Shown: positions 1-11,122 of the stretch, in pieces
Position numbering within the stretch: the stretch's first letter is position 1
Layout of the letters: the number at the start of each line of letters is the position of its first letter
Assembly (NCBI GenBank): GCA_038087875.1
Contig: CM075990.1
Coordinates: 18,168,001-18,232,000, forward strand
Source of the DNA: Malacoraja senta
Taxonomy: Eukaryota
DNA: 64,000 bases
Reading direction: 5' to 3'
The notes under the pieces: generated by a model
Database searches by the model: none
What the model was told of the DNA's origin: nothing
What the model saw: only the letters and a program-made list of their open reading frames with translations
Program-made: the position numbers and the translations under genes

Positions 1-569
1 TGCATCAGGCAACAAGGTTGGGAGAACACTTGTGAAATTTAATGTGTATTTGATGGGGTAACTGGGGTGTTGATGTGCTTGTCAATTGCAAGTCAGTGCT
101 GGAGCAACTCGATGGGTCCAGCAATGTCACTGGAGAATATGGATTGGTAATTCTGGGTTGGGACTCTTCAGACCCTTAAGAATTTTAGTCTAAATATATT
201 CGACTACCTTAATATTGGTCCAACCTGTAGGAGTCCTGACTGCAGAGACACAATGGTCCTGGTTGGAGATACATCTCCAGGCATTGTCCACATGTCCAAG
301 TGTTGTTACCTTGAGGACTAGAATCTTCCCACCCAGGACTGTCTGACCCACTGAGTTACTCCAGCACTTTGTCTAATTGTAGAGAAGGACGTTGGAACAT
401 TTCAAACAGTAAAATGTTATGTTAATTTGATTTTTCAGCATCAAGTCTTCCTGGATTTGGTCATTCTGGAAGTCATAGGAAGGTAAGGTACCTATTTCTA
501 ACTCTCTTCAGTTCAATGGGATAAATGTGTTAAATTATTGATGGCTTTTCAAAATTTGTTTCTTCAACA

Positions 570-860
570 TCGAGGAGCTTGAAGTCTCTGGTAGAGACCG
601 ATGTCGGGAAGTTCCAAAGAACGCAAAAGGTTCAACTAGACCCCAAGTGAGCTGGGATTCAACCCCCCGATGCAGGACCCCCGACACGGACGGCCTGACC
701 GCCGGCTATGGGAGTCGAGATCGTGCGTCAACGGAAGGCTCGAGGCCCCAGACCGCGGGAGACCAAAGAAGGGAAGAGTTTGAAATTTGTGTTCTGTTGC
801 TTTTTATTGGTATGAGTGGATGGTAAATGAAATTCCTCGAGTTGCAAACATACTTTTTTT
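570..860 (+). repeat. CpG-rich interspersed-repeat-like segment present in each full monomer (family not identified)
   Basis: Dense CpGs (gaccgatgtcgggaag...cccccgacacggacggcc...cgtcaacggaaggctcgagg...accgcggg) in otherwise CpG-poor DNA. Recurs at ~2375, ~4675, ~6465 and onward. Confidence 0.55.
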
Positions 861-879
861 GCAACACGAGCCACCCCAT

Positions 880-1212
880 GCTTGAATCGTGAGTAAATAC
901 ACAGTGTTGGAGGAACTTGGTGGGTTTGACAACCTCTGAAGAAATGGACAGATGACTCATTGGGTCAGGAGCTCTCAGTCTGAAATATGGGGGAGAGCTG
1001 GAAATGAGGTGGGGGTTGGGCACTGCCTGACAGGTGATGGGTGGATTACAGGTGAGTGGGTGATGGGCAAATGGATGGAATAAGTGCCAAAGTCTGAAGG
1101 TGGAAGTGATGAAACATGTTGGATAAGGACAAGAACTGTGAAATGTAAAACCAGGGTGAGGTGGAGTTGGAAGGTAAAAGGGAAATATGGGACAGTTGAG
1201 AGATGAGCACAC
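880..1212 (-). mobile_element. Degenerate Penelope-like (pLTR/hammerhead-type) repeat fragment, left arm of the monomer's inverted pair
   Basis: Reverse complement reads ...ttccagctctcccccatatttcagactgagagctcctgacccaatgagtcatctgtccatt...aagttcctccaacactgtg. This is homologous to the + strand arm at 1312-1632 and to the 8645-8835 repeat. Confidence 0.5.
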
Positions 1213-1221
1213 TTACCTTCA

Positions 1222-1300
1222 TTAACTAAGTAATAACTAAATAGTAATAACTAAATAGTAATAACTAAATAGTAATAACTAAATAGTAATAACAACTAAC
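1222..1300. repeat. AT-rich spacer microsatellite (TAATAACTAAATAG x4); one variant per monomer
   Basis: 14-bp unit at 1231-1286. Related TAA/CTAAA tracts lie at ~3006-3095, ~5321-5400 and ~7103-7192, and a (CTAA)n tract at ~7960-8020. Confidence 0.9.
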
Positions 1301-1311
1301 TAGTCCTTTCT

Positions 1312-1632
1312 TGTACGCTCATTTCTCAAACAGTTCCATATTCCCTCTATCCATTCCACCCATCTCTCTCCTAGTTTCATATTTCCGTTCTCTGCTTATT
1401 TGGCATTTTGTCCCTTTCACCTTGAGCCTTTGGCACTCACTCCATCCATATGCTAATCACGCCTCACATGTACCACCTATTTACTTGCTGGCTTTGTCCT
1501 GCATGCCTCTGCATCTTTTCACTCTCTCATCAGTCTTTGGAAGGTTGCTGACCTGAGATGTCATCTGTCCATTCCACTTGCAGTTAGGCAGATTGTGCCT
1601 GTACTGCTGAATGCCTCCAGCACTTTGTCTTT
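1312..1632 (+). mobile_element. Degenerate Penelope-like (pLTR/hammerhead-type) repeat fragment, right arm of the monomer's inverted pair
   Basis: Ends in catcagtct..gaaggttgctgacctgagatgtcatctgtcc...ctccagcactttgt. In monomer B the motif reads CTGAGGA-AGGTTGCTGACCT-GAGA-TGTC (3330-3357), a decayed minimal hammerhead. Confidence 0.5.
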
Positions 1633-3955
1633 GGACAGAGCCATGTTCCCTGGTTGTAGTTGGCTCCTGTTACAGGGAAAATAGAGTTTAATATTTTTGA
1701 CTGGAGCTCTGTGGGATTGGGTTTTTCCAGGTATTTTTAACCATCTGGACACCACTGAATGTTTGTTTATATCTAATATCTAACGTTTAAATGTCCACGT
1801 GAGGAGTAAGGCATCGGGCAACAAGGTTGGGAGAACACTTGTGAAATATAATGGGTATTTGATGTAACTGGGGTGTTGCTGTGCTTGTAAATTGTGTCAG
1901 TGCTGGAGCAACTCGATGGGTACAGCAACATCGCTGGGGAACATGGATTGGTAATTCTGGGTAGGGACTCTTCAGACCTTAATCTCTTGAGCTAGTCTAA
2001 ATATATTCGACTACATTAATATTGGTCCAACCTGTAGGAGTCCTGACTGCAGAGACACAATGGTCCTAGTTGGAGATACATCTCCAGGCATTGTCCACAT
2101 GTCCAAGTGCTTTTACCTTGAGGACTAGAATCTTCTCACCCAGGACTGTCCGACCCACTGAGTTACTCCCGCACTTTGTCTAATTGTAGAGAAGGATGTT
2201 GGAACATTTCAAACATTAAAATGTTATGTTAATTTGATTTTTCAGCATCGTCATCCTGGATTTGGTCTTTATGGATGTCATAGGAAGATATGGTACCTAT
2301 ATCTAACCCTCTTCAGTTTAATGGGGTAAATGTGTTAAATTATTGATGGCTTTTCCAAAATTGTTTCTTCAACATCGAGGAGCTCGCAGTCTCTGGTATA
2401 GACTGATGTCGGGAAGCTCCAAAGAATGCAAAAGGTTCGACTAGACCCCGAGTGAGCTGGGATTGAACTCCCCGATGCAGGACCCCCGACACGGACGGCC
2501 CGACCGCTGGCTACGGGAGTCAAGATCGTGCCGTCAACGGGAGGCTCGAGGCAGACCAAAGAAGGGAAGAGTTTGAACTTTGTGTTCTGTTGCATTTTAT
2601 TGGTATGAGTGTATGGTAAATGAAATTCCTCGTGTTGCAAAGCATACTTTTTTTGCAACGAGCCACCCCATGCTTGAATCGTGAGTAAATACAGTGCTGG
2701 AAGAACTTGGTGGGTTTGACTACCTCTGAAAAATGGACAGGTGACTAATTGGGTCCGGAGCTCTCAGTCTGAAATACGGGGGAGAGATGGAAATGAGGTG
2801 GGGGTTGGGCACTGCCTGACAGGTGATGGGTGGATTACAGGTGAGTGGGTGATAGGCAAATGGATGGAGTAAAGGCTGGAGGTGGAAGTGATCAAACATG
2901 TTGGATAAGGACAAGAACTCTGAAATGTGAACCAGGGTGAGGTGGGGTTGGTAGGTAAAAGTGAAATATGGGACAAGGAGTTGAGAGATGAGCGTACTTC
3001 CCTTCATTAACTAAGTAATAACTAATTAATAATAACTAAATAATTATAACTAAGTAACAACTAAATAATAACAACTAAATAATAACAACTAACTAGCCCT
3101 TTCTTGTACGATCATCTCTCAAAAACAGTCCCATATTCCCTCTATCTCTTCCACCCATCTCTCTCCTAGTTTCATATTTCAGTTCTACTTATTTGGCATT
3201 TTGTCCCTTTCACCATGAGCCTTTGGCACTCACTCCATGCATATGCTAATCACACCTCACATGTACCATCTATTTACTTGCTGGCTTTGTCCTTCGTGCC
3301 TCTGCCTCTTTTCACTCTCGTTCATCAGTCTGAGGAAGGTTGCTGACCTGAGATGTCATCTGTCCATTCCACTTGCAGTCAGGCAGATTGTGCCTGTACT
3401 GCTGAAGCCTCCAGCACTTTGTCTTTGGACAGAGCCATGTTCCCTGGTTGTAGTTGGCTCCTGTTACAGGGAAAGTAGAGTTTAATATTTTTGACTGAAG
3501 CTCTGGGGGGTTGGGTTTATCCAGGTATTTCTAACCATCTGGACACCACTGAATGTTTGTTTATATCTAATGTTTAAATGGCCACATGAAGAGTAAGGCA
3601 TCGGGCAACACGGTTGTGAGGACACTTGTGAAATATAATGGGTATTTGATATAACTGGGGTGTTGCCGTGCTTGTAAATTGATCAGTGGTGGAGCAACTC
3701 GATGGGTACAGCAACATCGCTGGAGAACATGGATTGGTAATTCTGGGTTGGGAATCTTCAGACCTTACTCTCTTGAGGTAGTCTAAATATATTCGACTAC
3801 CATAATATTGGTCCAACCTGTAGGAGTCCTGACTGCAGAGACACAATGGTCCTGGTTGGAGATACAACTCCAGGCATTGTCCAAGTGTTTTACCTTGAGG
3901 ACTAGAATCTTCTCACCCAGGACTGTCCTACGCACTGAGTGGGTCGGACAGTCCT

Positions 3956-4456
3956 TGTGATTGAGGCAGTGCAGCGTAGGTTCACGAGATTGATCCCTGG
4001 ATGGCGGGACTGTCATATGAGGAAAGATTGAAAAGTCTAGGCTTGTATTCACTGGAGTTTAGAAGGATGAGGGGGGGGGGGGGGGTCTTATAGAAACATA
4101 TAAAATTATAAAAGGACTGGACAAGCTAGATGCAAGAAAAATGTTCCCAATGTTAGGCGAGTCCAGAACCAGGGGCCGCAGTCTTAGAATAAAGGGGAGG
4201 TCATTTAAGACTGAGGTGAGAAAAAACGTTTTCACCCAGAGTTGTGAATTTATGGAATTCCCTGCCACAGAGGGCAGTGGAGGCCAAATCACTGGATGGA
4301 TTTAAGAGAGAGTTGGATAGAGCTCCACGGGCTAGTGGAGTCGAGGGATATGGGGAGAAGGCATGCAATGGTTATTGATAGGGGATGATCACAATGAATG
4401 GCGGTGCTGGCTCGAAGGGCCGAATGGCATCCTCGTGCACCTATTTTCTATGTTCT
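3956..4456 (+). mobile_element. 5'-truncated CR1 LINE 3' end inserted in monomer B
   Basis: Encodes IEAVQRRFTRLIPGMAGLSYEERLKSLGLYSLE (CR1 ORF2 C-terminus; frame intact in the 21730 copy). Then the 3' UTR gaatggcggtgctggctcgaagggccgaatggc and a ttcta tail; the monomer resumes at agttactccc. Confidence 0.93.
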
Positions 4457-7400
4457 AAGTTACTCCCACACTTTGTCTAATTGTAGAGAAGGAAGTTGGA
4501 ACATTTCAAACATTAAAATGTTATGTTAATTTGATTTTTCAGCATCAAGTGTACCTGGATTTGGTCTTTATGGATGTCATAGGAAGGTAAGGCACATATT
4601 TCTAACTCTCTTCAGTTTAATGGAATAATTGTGTTACATTATTGATGGCTGTTCCAAATTTGTTTCTTCAACATCGAGCAGCTCGCAGTCTCTGGTAGAG
4701 ACCGATGTCGGGAAGCTCCAAAGAACGCAAAAGGTTCGACTAGACCCCGAGTGAGCTGTGATTGAACCCCCCGATGCAGGACCCCCGACACGGACGGCCC
4801 GACTGCCGGCTACGGGAGTCAAGATTTTCCCGTCAACGGAAGACTCGAGGCCCCAGACTGCGGGAGACCAAAGAAGGGAAGAGTTTGAACTTTGTGTTCT
4901 GTTGCTTTTTATTGGTATGAGTGGATGGTAAATGAAATTCCTTGTGTTGCAAACATACATTTTTTGCAACACGTGCCACCCCATGCTTGAATCGTGAGTA
5001 AACAGTGCTGGAGGAACTTGGTGGGTTTGACAACCTCTGAATAAACGGACAGATGACTCATCGGGTCGGGAGCTCTCAGTCTGAAATACAGGGGAGAGCT
5101 GGAAATGAGGTGGGGGTTGGGCACTGCCTGACAGGTGATGGGTGGATTACAGGTGAGTGGGTGATGGGCAAATGGGTGGAGTAAGTGCCAAAGTCTGAAG
5201 GTGGAAGTGATGAAACATGTTGGATAAGGACAAGAACTCTGAAATGTGAACCAGGGTGAGGTGGGGTTGGTAGGTAAAAGTGAAATATGGGACAGTTGAG
5301 AGATGAGCGTACTTCCCTTCATTAACTAAGTAATAACTAATTAATAATAACTAAATAATTATAACTAAGTAACAACTAAATAATAACAACAACTAACTAG
5401 CCCTTTCTTGTACGATCATCTCTCAGAAACAGTCCCATATTCCCTCTATCTCTTCCACCCATCTGTCTCCTAGTTTCACATTTCAGTTCTACTTATTTGG
5501 CATTTACTCCCTTTCACCTTGAGCCTTTGGCACTGACTCCATCCATATGCTAATCACGGCTCGCATGTACCACCTATTAACTTGCTGGCTTTGTCCTGCG
5601 TGCCTCTGCCTCTTTTCACACTCTTCATTAGGTCTGAGGAAGGTTGCTGACCTGAGATGTCATCTGTCCATTCCACTTGCAGTCAGGCAGATTGTGCCTG
5701 TACTGCTGAATGCCTCCAGCACTTTGTCTTTGGACAGAGCCATGTTCCTTGGTTGTAGTTGGCTCCTGTTGCAGGGAAAGTAGAGTTTAATATTTTTGAC
5801 TGAAGCTCTGGAGCGTTGGGTTTTTCCAGGTATTTTTAACCATCTGGACACCACTGAATGTTTGTTTATCTAACGTTTAAATGTCCACGTGAGGAGTAAG
5901 GCATCGGGCAACAAGGTTGGGAGAACACTTGTGAAATATAATGGGTATTTGATGTAACTAGGGTGTTGCTGTGCTTGTAAATTGTGTCAGTGCTGGAGCA
6001 ACTCGATGGGTACCGCAACATCGCTGAAGAACATGGATTGGTAATTCTGGGTTGGGACTCTTCAGACCTTAATCTCTTGAGCTAGTCTAAATATATTCGA
6101 CTACATTAATATTGGTCCAACCTGTAGGAGTCCTGACTGCAGAGACACAATGGTCCTAGTTGGAGATACATCTCCAGGCATTGTCCACATGTCCAAGTAT
6201 TTTTACCTTGAGGACTAGAATCTTCTCACCCAGGACTGTCCGACCCACTGAGTTACTCCCGCACTTTGTCTAATTGTAGAGAAGGATGTTGGAACATTTC
6301 AAACATTAAAATGTTATGTTAATTTGATTTTTCAGCATCAAGTCATCCTGGATTTGGTCTTTATGGATGTCATAGGAAGATAAGGTACCTATATCTAACC
6401 CTCTTCAGTTTAATGGGGTAAATGTGTTAAATTATTGATGGCTTTTCCAAATTTGTTTCTTAAACATCGAGGAGCTCGCAGTCTCTGGTATAGACTGATG
6501 TCGGGAAGCTCCAAAGAATGCAAAAGGTTCGACTAGACCCCGAGTGAGCTGGGATTGAACCCCCCGATGCAGGACCCCCGACATGGACGGCCCGACCGCT
6601 GGCTATGGGAGTCAAGGTCGTGCCGTCAATGGGAGGCTCGAGGCCTCAGACCAAAGAAGGGAAGAGTTTGAACTTTGTGTTCTGTTGCTTTTTATTGGTA
6701 TGAGTGTATGGTAAATGAAATTCCTCGTGTTGCAAAGCATACTTTTTTTGCAACACGAGCCACCCCATGCTTGAATCGTGAGTAAATACAGTGCTGGAAG
6801 AACTTGGTGGGTTTGACAACCTCTGAAAAATGGACAGGTGACTAATTGGGTCCGGAGCTCTCAGTCTGAAATACGGGGGAGAGATGGAAATGAGGTGGGG
6901 GTTGGGCACTGCCTGACAGGTGATGGGTGGATTACAGGTGAGTGGGTGATAGGCAAATGGATGGAGTAAAGGCTGGAGGTGGAAGTGATCAAACATGTTG
7001 GATAAGGACAAGAACTCTGAAATGTGAACCAGGGTGAGGTGGGGTTGGTAGGTAAAAGTGAAATATGGGACAAGGAGTTGAGAGATGAGCGTACTTCCTT
7101 CATTAACTAAGTAATAACTAATTAATAATAACTAAATAATTATAACTAAGTAACAACTAAATAATAACAACTAAATAATAACAACTAACTAGCCCTTTCT
7201 TGTACGATCATCTCTCAGAAACAGTCCCATATTCCCTCTATCTCTTCCACCCATCTCTCGCCTAGTTTCATATTTCAGTTCTACTTATTTGGCATTTTGT
7301 CCCTTTCACCATGAGCCTTTGGCACTCACTCCATCCATATGCTAATCACACCTCGTGTACCATCTATTTACTTGCTAGCTTTGTCCTTCGTGCCTCTGCC

Positions 7401-8357
7401 TCTTTTCACTCTCGTTCATCAGTCTGAGGAAGGTTGCTGACCTGAGATGTCTAATTGTAGAGAAGGAAGTTGGAACATTTCAAACATTAAAATGTTATGT
7501 TAATTTGATTTTTCAGCATCAAGTGTACCTGGATTTGGTCTTTATGGATGTCATAGGAAGGTAAGGCACATATTTCTAACTCTCTTCAGTTTAATGGAAT
7601 AATTGTGTTACATTATTGATGGCTGTTCCCAAATTTGTTTCTTCAACATCGAGCAGCTCGCAGTCTCTGGTAGAGACCGATGTCGGGAAGCTCCAAAGAA
7701 CGCAAAAGGTTCGACTAGACCCTGAGTGAGCTGTGATTGAACAGGTGATGGGTGGATACAGGTGAGTGGGTAATGGGCAGATGGGTGGAGTAAGTGACAA
7801 AGGCTGAAGGTGAAAGTGATAAAATATGTTGGATAAGGACAAGAACTGTGAAATGTAAAGCCATAGGGAGGTGGGTTGGGAAGGTAAAAGGGAAATGTGG
7901 GACAAGGAGATGGGAGATGAGTGTACTTCCCTTCACCCCCCAAACACCCTGGTGTGCTAATTGACTGACTAACTAACTAATTAACTCACTAATTAACTCA
8001 CTAACTAACTAACCAACTAACACTGGTCCTTTCCCTTCCTCTGTACGCTCATCTCTCAAACAGGAAAGTTGCTGACCTGAGATGTCATCTGTCCATTCCA
8101 CTTGCAGTCAGGCAGATTGTGCTTGAACTGCTGAATGCCTCCAGCACTTTGTCTTTAGACAGAGACATATTCCCTGGTTAATGTAATTGTAGTTGTCTCC
8201 TGTTACAGGGAAAGTAGTTTAATATTTGTGGTGTATTAATTTGACTGTTTTGTACATCTTTGTCAGCTCTTGGGATCTGGTCTTTCTGGCGATTACTGTA
8301 AGGTAAGGCCCCTGTTTCAAAACCTCTCTTGGGTTTCAGTGTTTGGGGGAAAGATTA

Positions 8358-8615
8358 GGCAGCACAGTGGTAGAGTTGCTGCCTCACAGCGCCAGAGACC
8401 TGGGTTCAATCCTGACAACATGTGTTGTTTGTATGTTCTGCCTGTGACAATGTGGGTTTTCTCCAGGTGTTCTGGCTTCCAACACCAAAGACATTCAGAT
8501 TTGCAGGTTAATTGGTTTTAGTAAACTGTCCCTAGTGTGTAGGATAGTGCTCGTGTACGGGGTGATTGCTGGATTGTGGTGACTTGGTGGACCAGAGGGC
8601 CTGTTTCCACACTTT
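8358..8615 (+). mobile_element. tRNA-derived V-SINE (HE1-like)
   Basis: Head ggcagcacagtggtagagttgctgcctcacagcgccagagacctgggttcaatcctgac has an A-box-like motif and a B box (ggttcaatcc). Central V-domain-like gtgggttttctccaggtgttctggcttcc; CR1-like 3' end gggcctgtttccacact. Confidence 0.85.
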
Positions 8616-8644
8616 AGTTGGTCTTAATGTATTTATATTAGTAC

Positions 8645-8835
8645 AATGTGAAGAAGGGTCCTGTTCTGAAACGTCACCTATAAATGTTCTGCAGAGATGC
8701 TGCCTGACCAGCTGAGTTACTCCAGCACTCCATGAAACGTCACCTATAAATGTTCTCCAGAGATGCTGCCTGACCTGCTGAGTTACTCCAGCACTGTCTA
8801 TTTTTTTGTAAACCAGCACCTGCAGTTCCTTGATT
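8645..8835 (+). mobile_element. Penelope-like/hammerhead-type short repeat with an internal 66-bp tandem duplication (also at 26437-26627)
   Basis: gtgaagaagggtcctgttctgaaacgtcacc is a hammerhead-like core with C3 lost. The block tgaaacgtcacctataaatgttct...gagttactccagcact occurs at 8667 and 8733. Confidence 0.6.
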
Positions 8836-9018
8836 TTCATCCCAAATCTTCCCTGGTTTCAGGGCTTTTACAAACTTTGGCATCTGTACAATGGGTGAAT
8901 TACAGGGAAAGGAAACGGGTCACAGACCAATAAAGCACCATTTTGCAGTAAAGAGAACAATTATATCTAATTTGAGGACAGCAGTCCCAATGTGCAGTGA
9001 ATTTGTACAACAGGTCGC

Positions 9019-9183
9019 TCCAATTTGTGGTCAACACTCCCACCGTGTGGTGATCCGCTGCACTGCAGGCCCATCCAGTTTGTGGTGAACACTCCCACCG
9101 TGTGGTGATCCGCTGCACTGCAGACCCATCCAGTTTGTGGTCAACACTCCCACCGTGTGGTGATCCGCTGCACTGCAGGTCCA
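9019..9183. repeat. 55-bp minisatellite x3 (also at 26811-26975)
   Basis: Unit tccagtttgtggtcaacactcccaccgtgtggtgatccgctgcactgcaggccca at 9019, 9074 and 9129. Confidence 0.95.
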
Positions 9184-9296
9184 TGTGACGTGGACAAAGT
9201 ACTAGTTTAACTCTGGTCAGGCAGCATCTCTGGAGAACGTAGACAGGAGTATCTTTTTGTCCACATTTACTGCATTGCACCGCATACCGCACAGTG

Positions 9297-9413
9297 AGGA
9301 ATTTCTTTAGTCGGAGGGCGGTGAATCTGTAGAATTCACTGCTACAGAAGGCTGTAGAGGCTGTCGATGGATATTTTTAAATTGGAGATAGATTCTTGAT
9401 TAGCAATGGCGTT
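9297..9413 (+). mobile_element. Old CR1 3' fragment, target of a younger CR1 insertion; continues at 15153-15172
   Basis: aggaatttctttagtcggagggcggtgaatctgtagaattc...tggatatttttaa...gatagattcttgattag resembles the CR1 ORF2 end (compare 14530-14660). It is split by the TSD TGGCGTT. Confidence 0.75.
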
Positions 9414-11122
9414 AACCATATAACATATAACAATTACAGCACGGAAACAGGCCATCTCGGCCCTTCAAGTCCATGCCAAACACTTTTTCTCCCCTAGTCC
9501 CATCTACCTGCACTCAGACCATAACCCTCCATTCCTTTCCCATCCATATACCCATCCAATCTATTTTTAAATGATAAAATCGAACCTGCCTCCACCACTT
9601 CCACTGGAAGCTCATTCCACACAGCTACCACTCTCTTTGAGTAAAGAAGTTCCCCCTAATGTTACCCCTAAACTTCTGTCCCTTAATTCTCAAGTCATGT
9701 CCCCCTTGTTTGAATCTTCCCCACTCTCAATGGGAAAAGCTTATCCACGTCAACTCTGTCTATCCCTCTCATCATTTTAAAGATCTCTATCAAGTCCCCC
9801 CTTAACCTTCTGCGCTCCAAAGAATAAAGACCTAACTTGTTCAGCCTTTCTCTGTAATTTAGTTGCTGAAACCCAGGCAACATGCTCGTAAATCTCCTCT
9901 GTACTCTCTCTATTTTGTTGACATCCTTCCTATAATTAGGCAACCAAAATTGTACTCCATACTCCAGAATTGGCCTCACCAATGCCTTGTACAATTTTAA
10001 AATTACATCCCAACTTCTATACTCAATGCTCTGATTTATAAAGGCCAGCACACCAAAAGCTTTCTTTACCACCCTATCTACATGAGATTCCACCTTCAGG
10101 GAACTATGCACAGTTATTCCTAGATCCCTCTGTTCAACTGCATTCCTCAATTCGCTACCATTTACCATGTACGTCATATTTTGATTTGTCCTGCCAAGAT
10201 GTAGCACCTCACATTTATCAGCATTAAACTCCATCTGCCATCTTTCAGCCCACTCTTCCAAATGGCCTAAATCTCTCTGTAGACTTTGAAAATCTACTTC
10301 ATTATCCACAACACCACCTATCTTAGTATCATCTGCATACTTACTAATCCAAATTTCCACACCATCATCCAGATCATTGATGTACATGACAAACAACAGT
10401 GGACCCAACAGACCCCTGAGGCACCCCACGAGTCACCGGCCTCCAACCTGACAAACAGCCATCCACCATTACTCTCTGGCATCTCCCATTCAGCCACTGT
10501 TGAATCCATCTTGCTACTCCACCATTAATACCCAACAATTGAATCTTCTTAACCAGCCTTCCATGTCAAAGACCTTGTCAAAGGCCTTACTGAAGTCCAT
10601 ATAGACAACATCCACTGCTTTACCCTCATCAATTTCCCTAATAACCTCTTTGAAAAATTCTAGAAGATTAGTCAAACATGACCTTCCAGGCACAAATCCA
10701 TGTTGACTGTTCTTAATCAGACCCTGTTTATCCAGATGCTTATATATATTATCCCTAAGTATCCTTTCCATTAATTTGCCCACCACTGACGTCAAAGTAA
10801 CAGGTCTATAATTGCTAGGTTTACTCTTAGAACCCTTTTTAAACAATGGAACAACATGCGCAGTACGCCAATCCTCCGGCACTATTCCAGTTTCTAATGA
10901 CATTTGAAATATTTCTGTCATAGCCCCTGCTATTTCTACACTAACTTCCCTCAATGTCCTAGGGAATATCCTGTCGGGACCTGGAGACTTATCCGTTTTC
11001 ATATTTTTCAAAAGTGTCCACACCTCCTCTTCTTTGAATCTCATAGTTTCCATCGCTACTCTGCTTGTTTCCCTTACCTCGCATAATTCCATATCGTTCT
11101 CCTTGGTGAATACCGAAGAAAA
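9414..11122 (-). mobile_element. CR1 LINE (subfamily 'A'), 3' part: frameshifted ORF2 RT, 3' UTR and tail
   Basis: ORFs 10514..11200 (KSPGPD, NYRPVTLTS, QHGF, YMDFSKAFDKV) and 9695..10429 (GPLLF, YADD, ERVQRRFT). The tail appears as aaccatataacatataac on the + strand. Confidence 0.95.

Larger units (their letters stand above)
373..7740. repeat. Tandem array of diverged ~1.8-kb macrosatellite monomers (starts at 373, 2180, 4477, 6270, 7451); the same array is in HOR copies 2 and 3
   Basis: The anchor ctaattgtagagaagga recurs at spacings of 1807, 2297 (with CR1 insert), 1793 and 1181 (internal deletion) bp, with colinear content between anchors. Confidence 0.95.

Noticed and set aside
3330..3357. 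Catalytically active hammerhead ribozyme
   Set aside because: The conserved GAAA is GAGA and stem I pairing is poor; the other copies also have core mutations. Reported only as relics.
4069..4085. Poly-G length differences among the four CR1 3' fragments
   Set aside because: Homopolymer length is unreliable in assemblies.
706..7943. Many 60-170 aa ORFs in the monomers (e.g. 706..1212, 4634..4984) and their HOR copies
   Set aside because: No recognisable domains, and frames are not conserved between diverged monomers. They recur only because the DNA is repeated.
8358..8420. tRNA gene
   Set aside because: This is the tRNA-derived head of a SINE, continuous with the V-domain and LINE-like tail; there is no complete cloverleaf.
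9019..9183. CRISPR-like array
   Set aside because: Pure tandem repeat with no unique spacers, in vertebrate context, with no cas genes.
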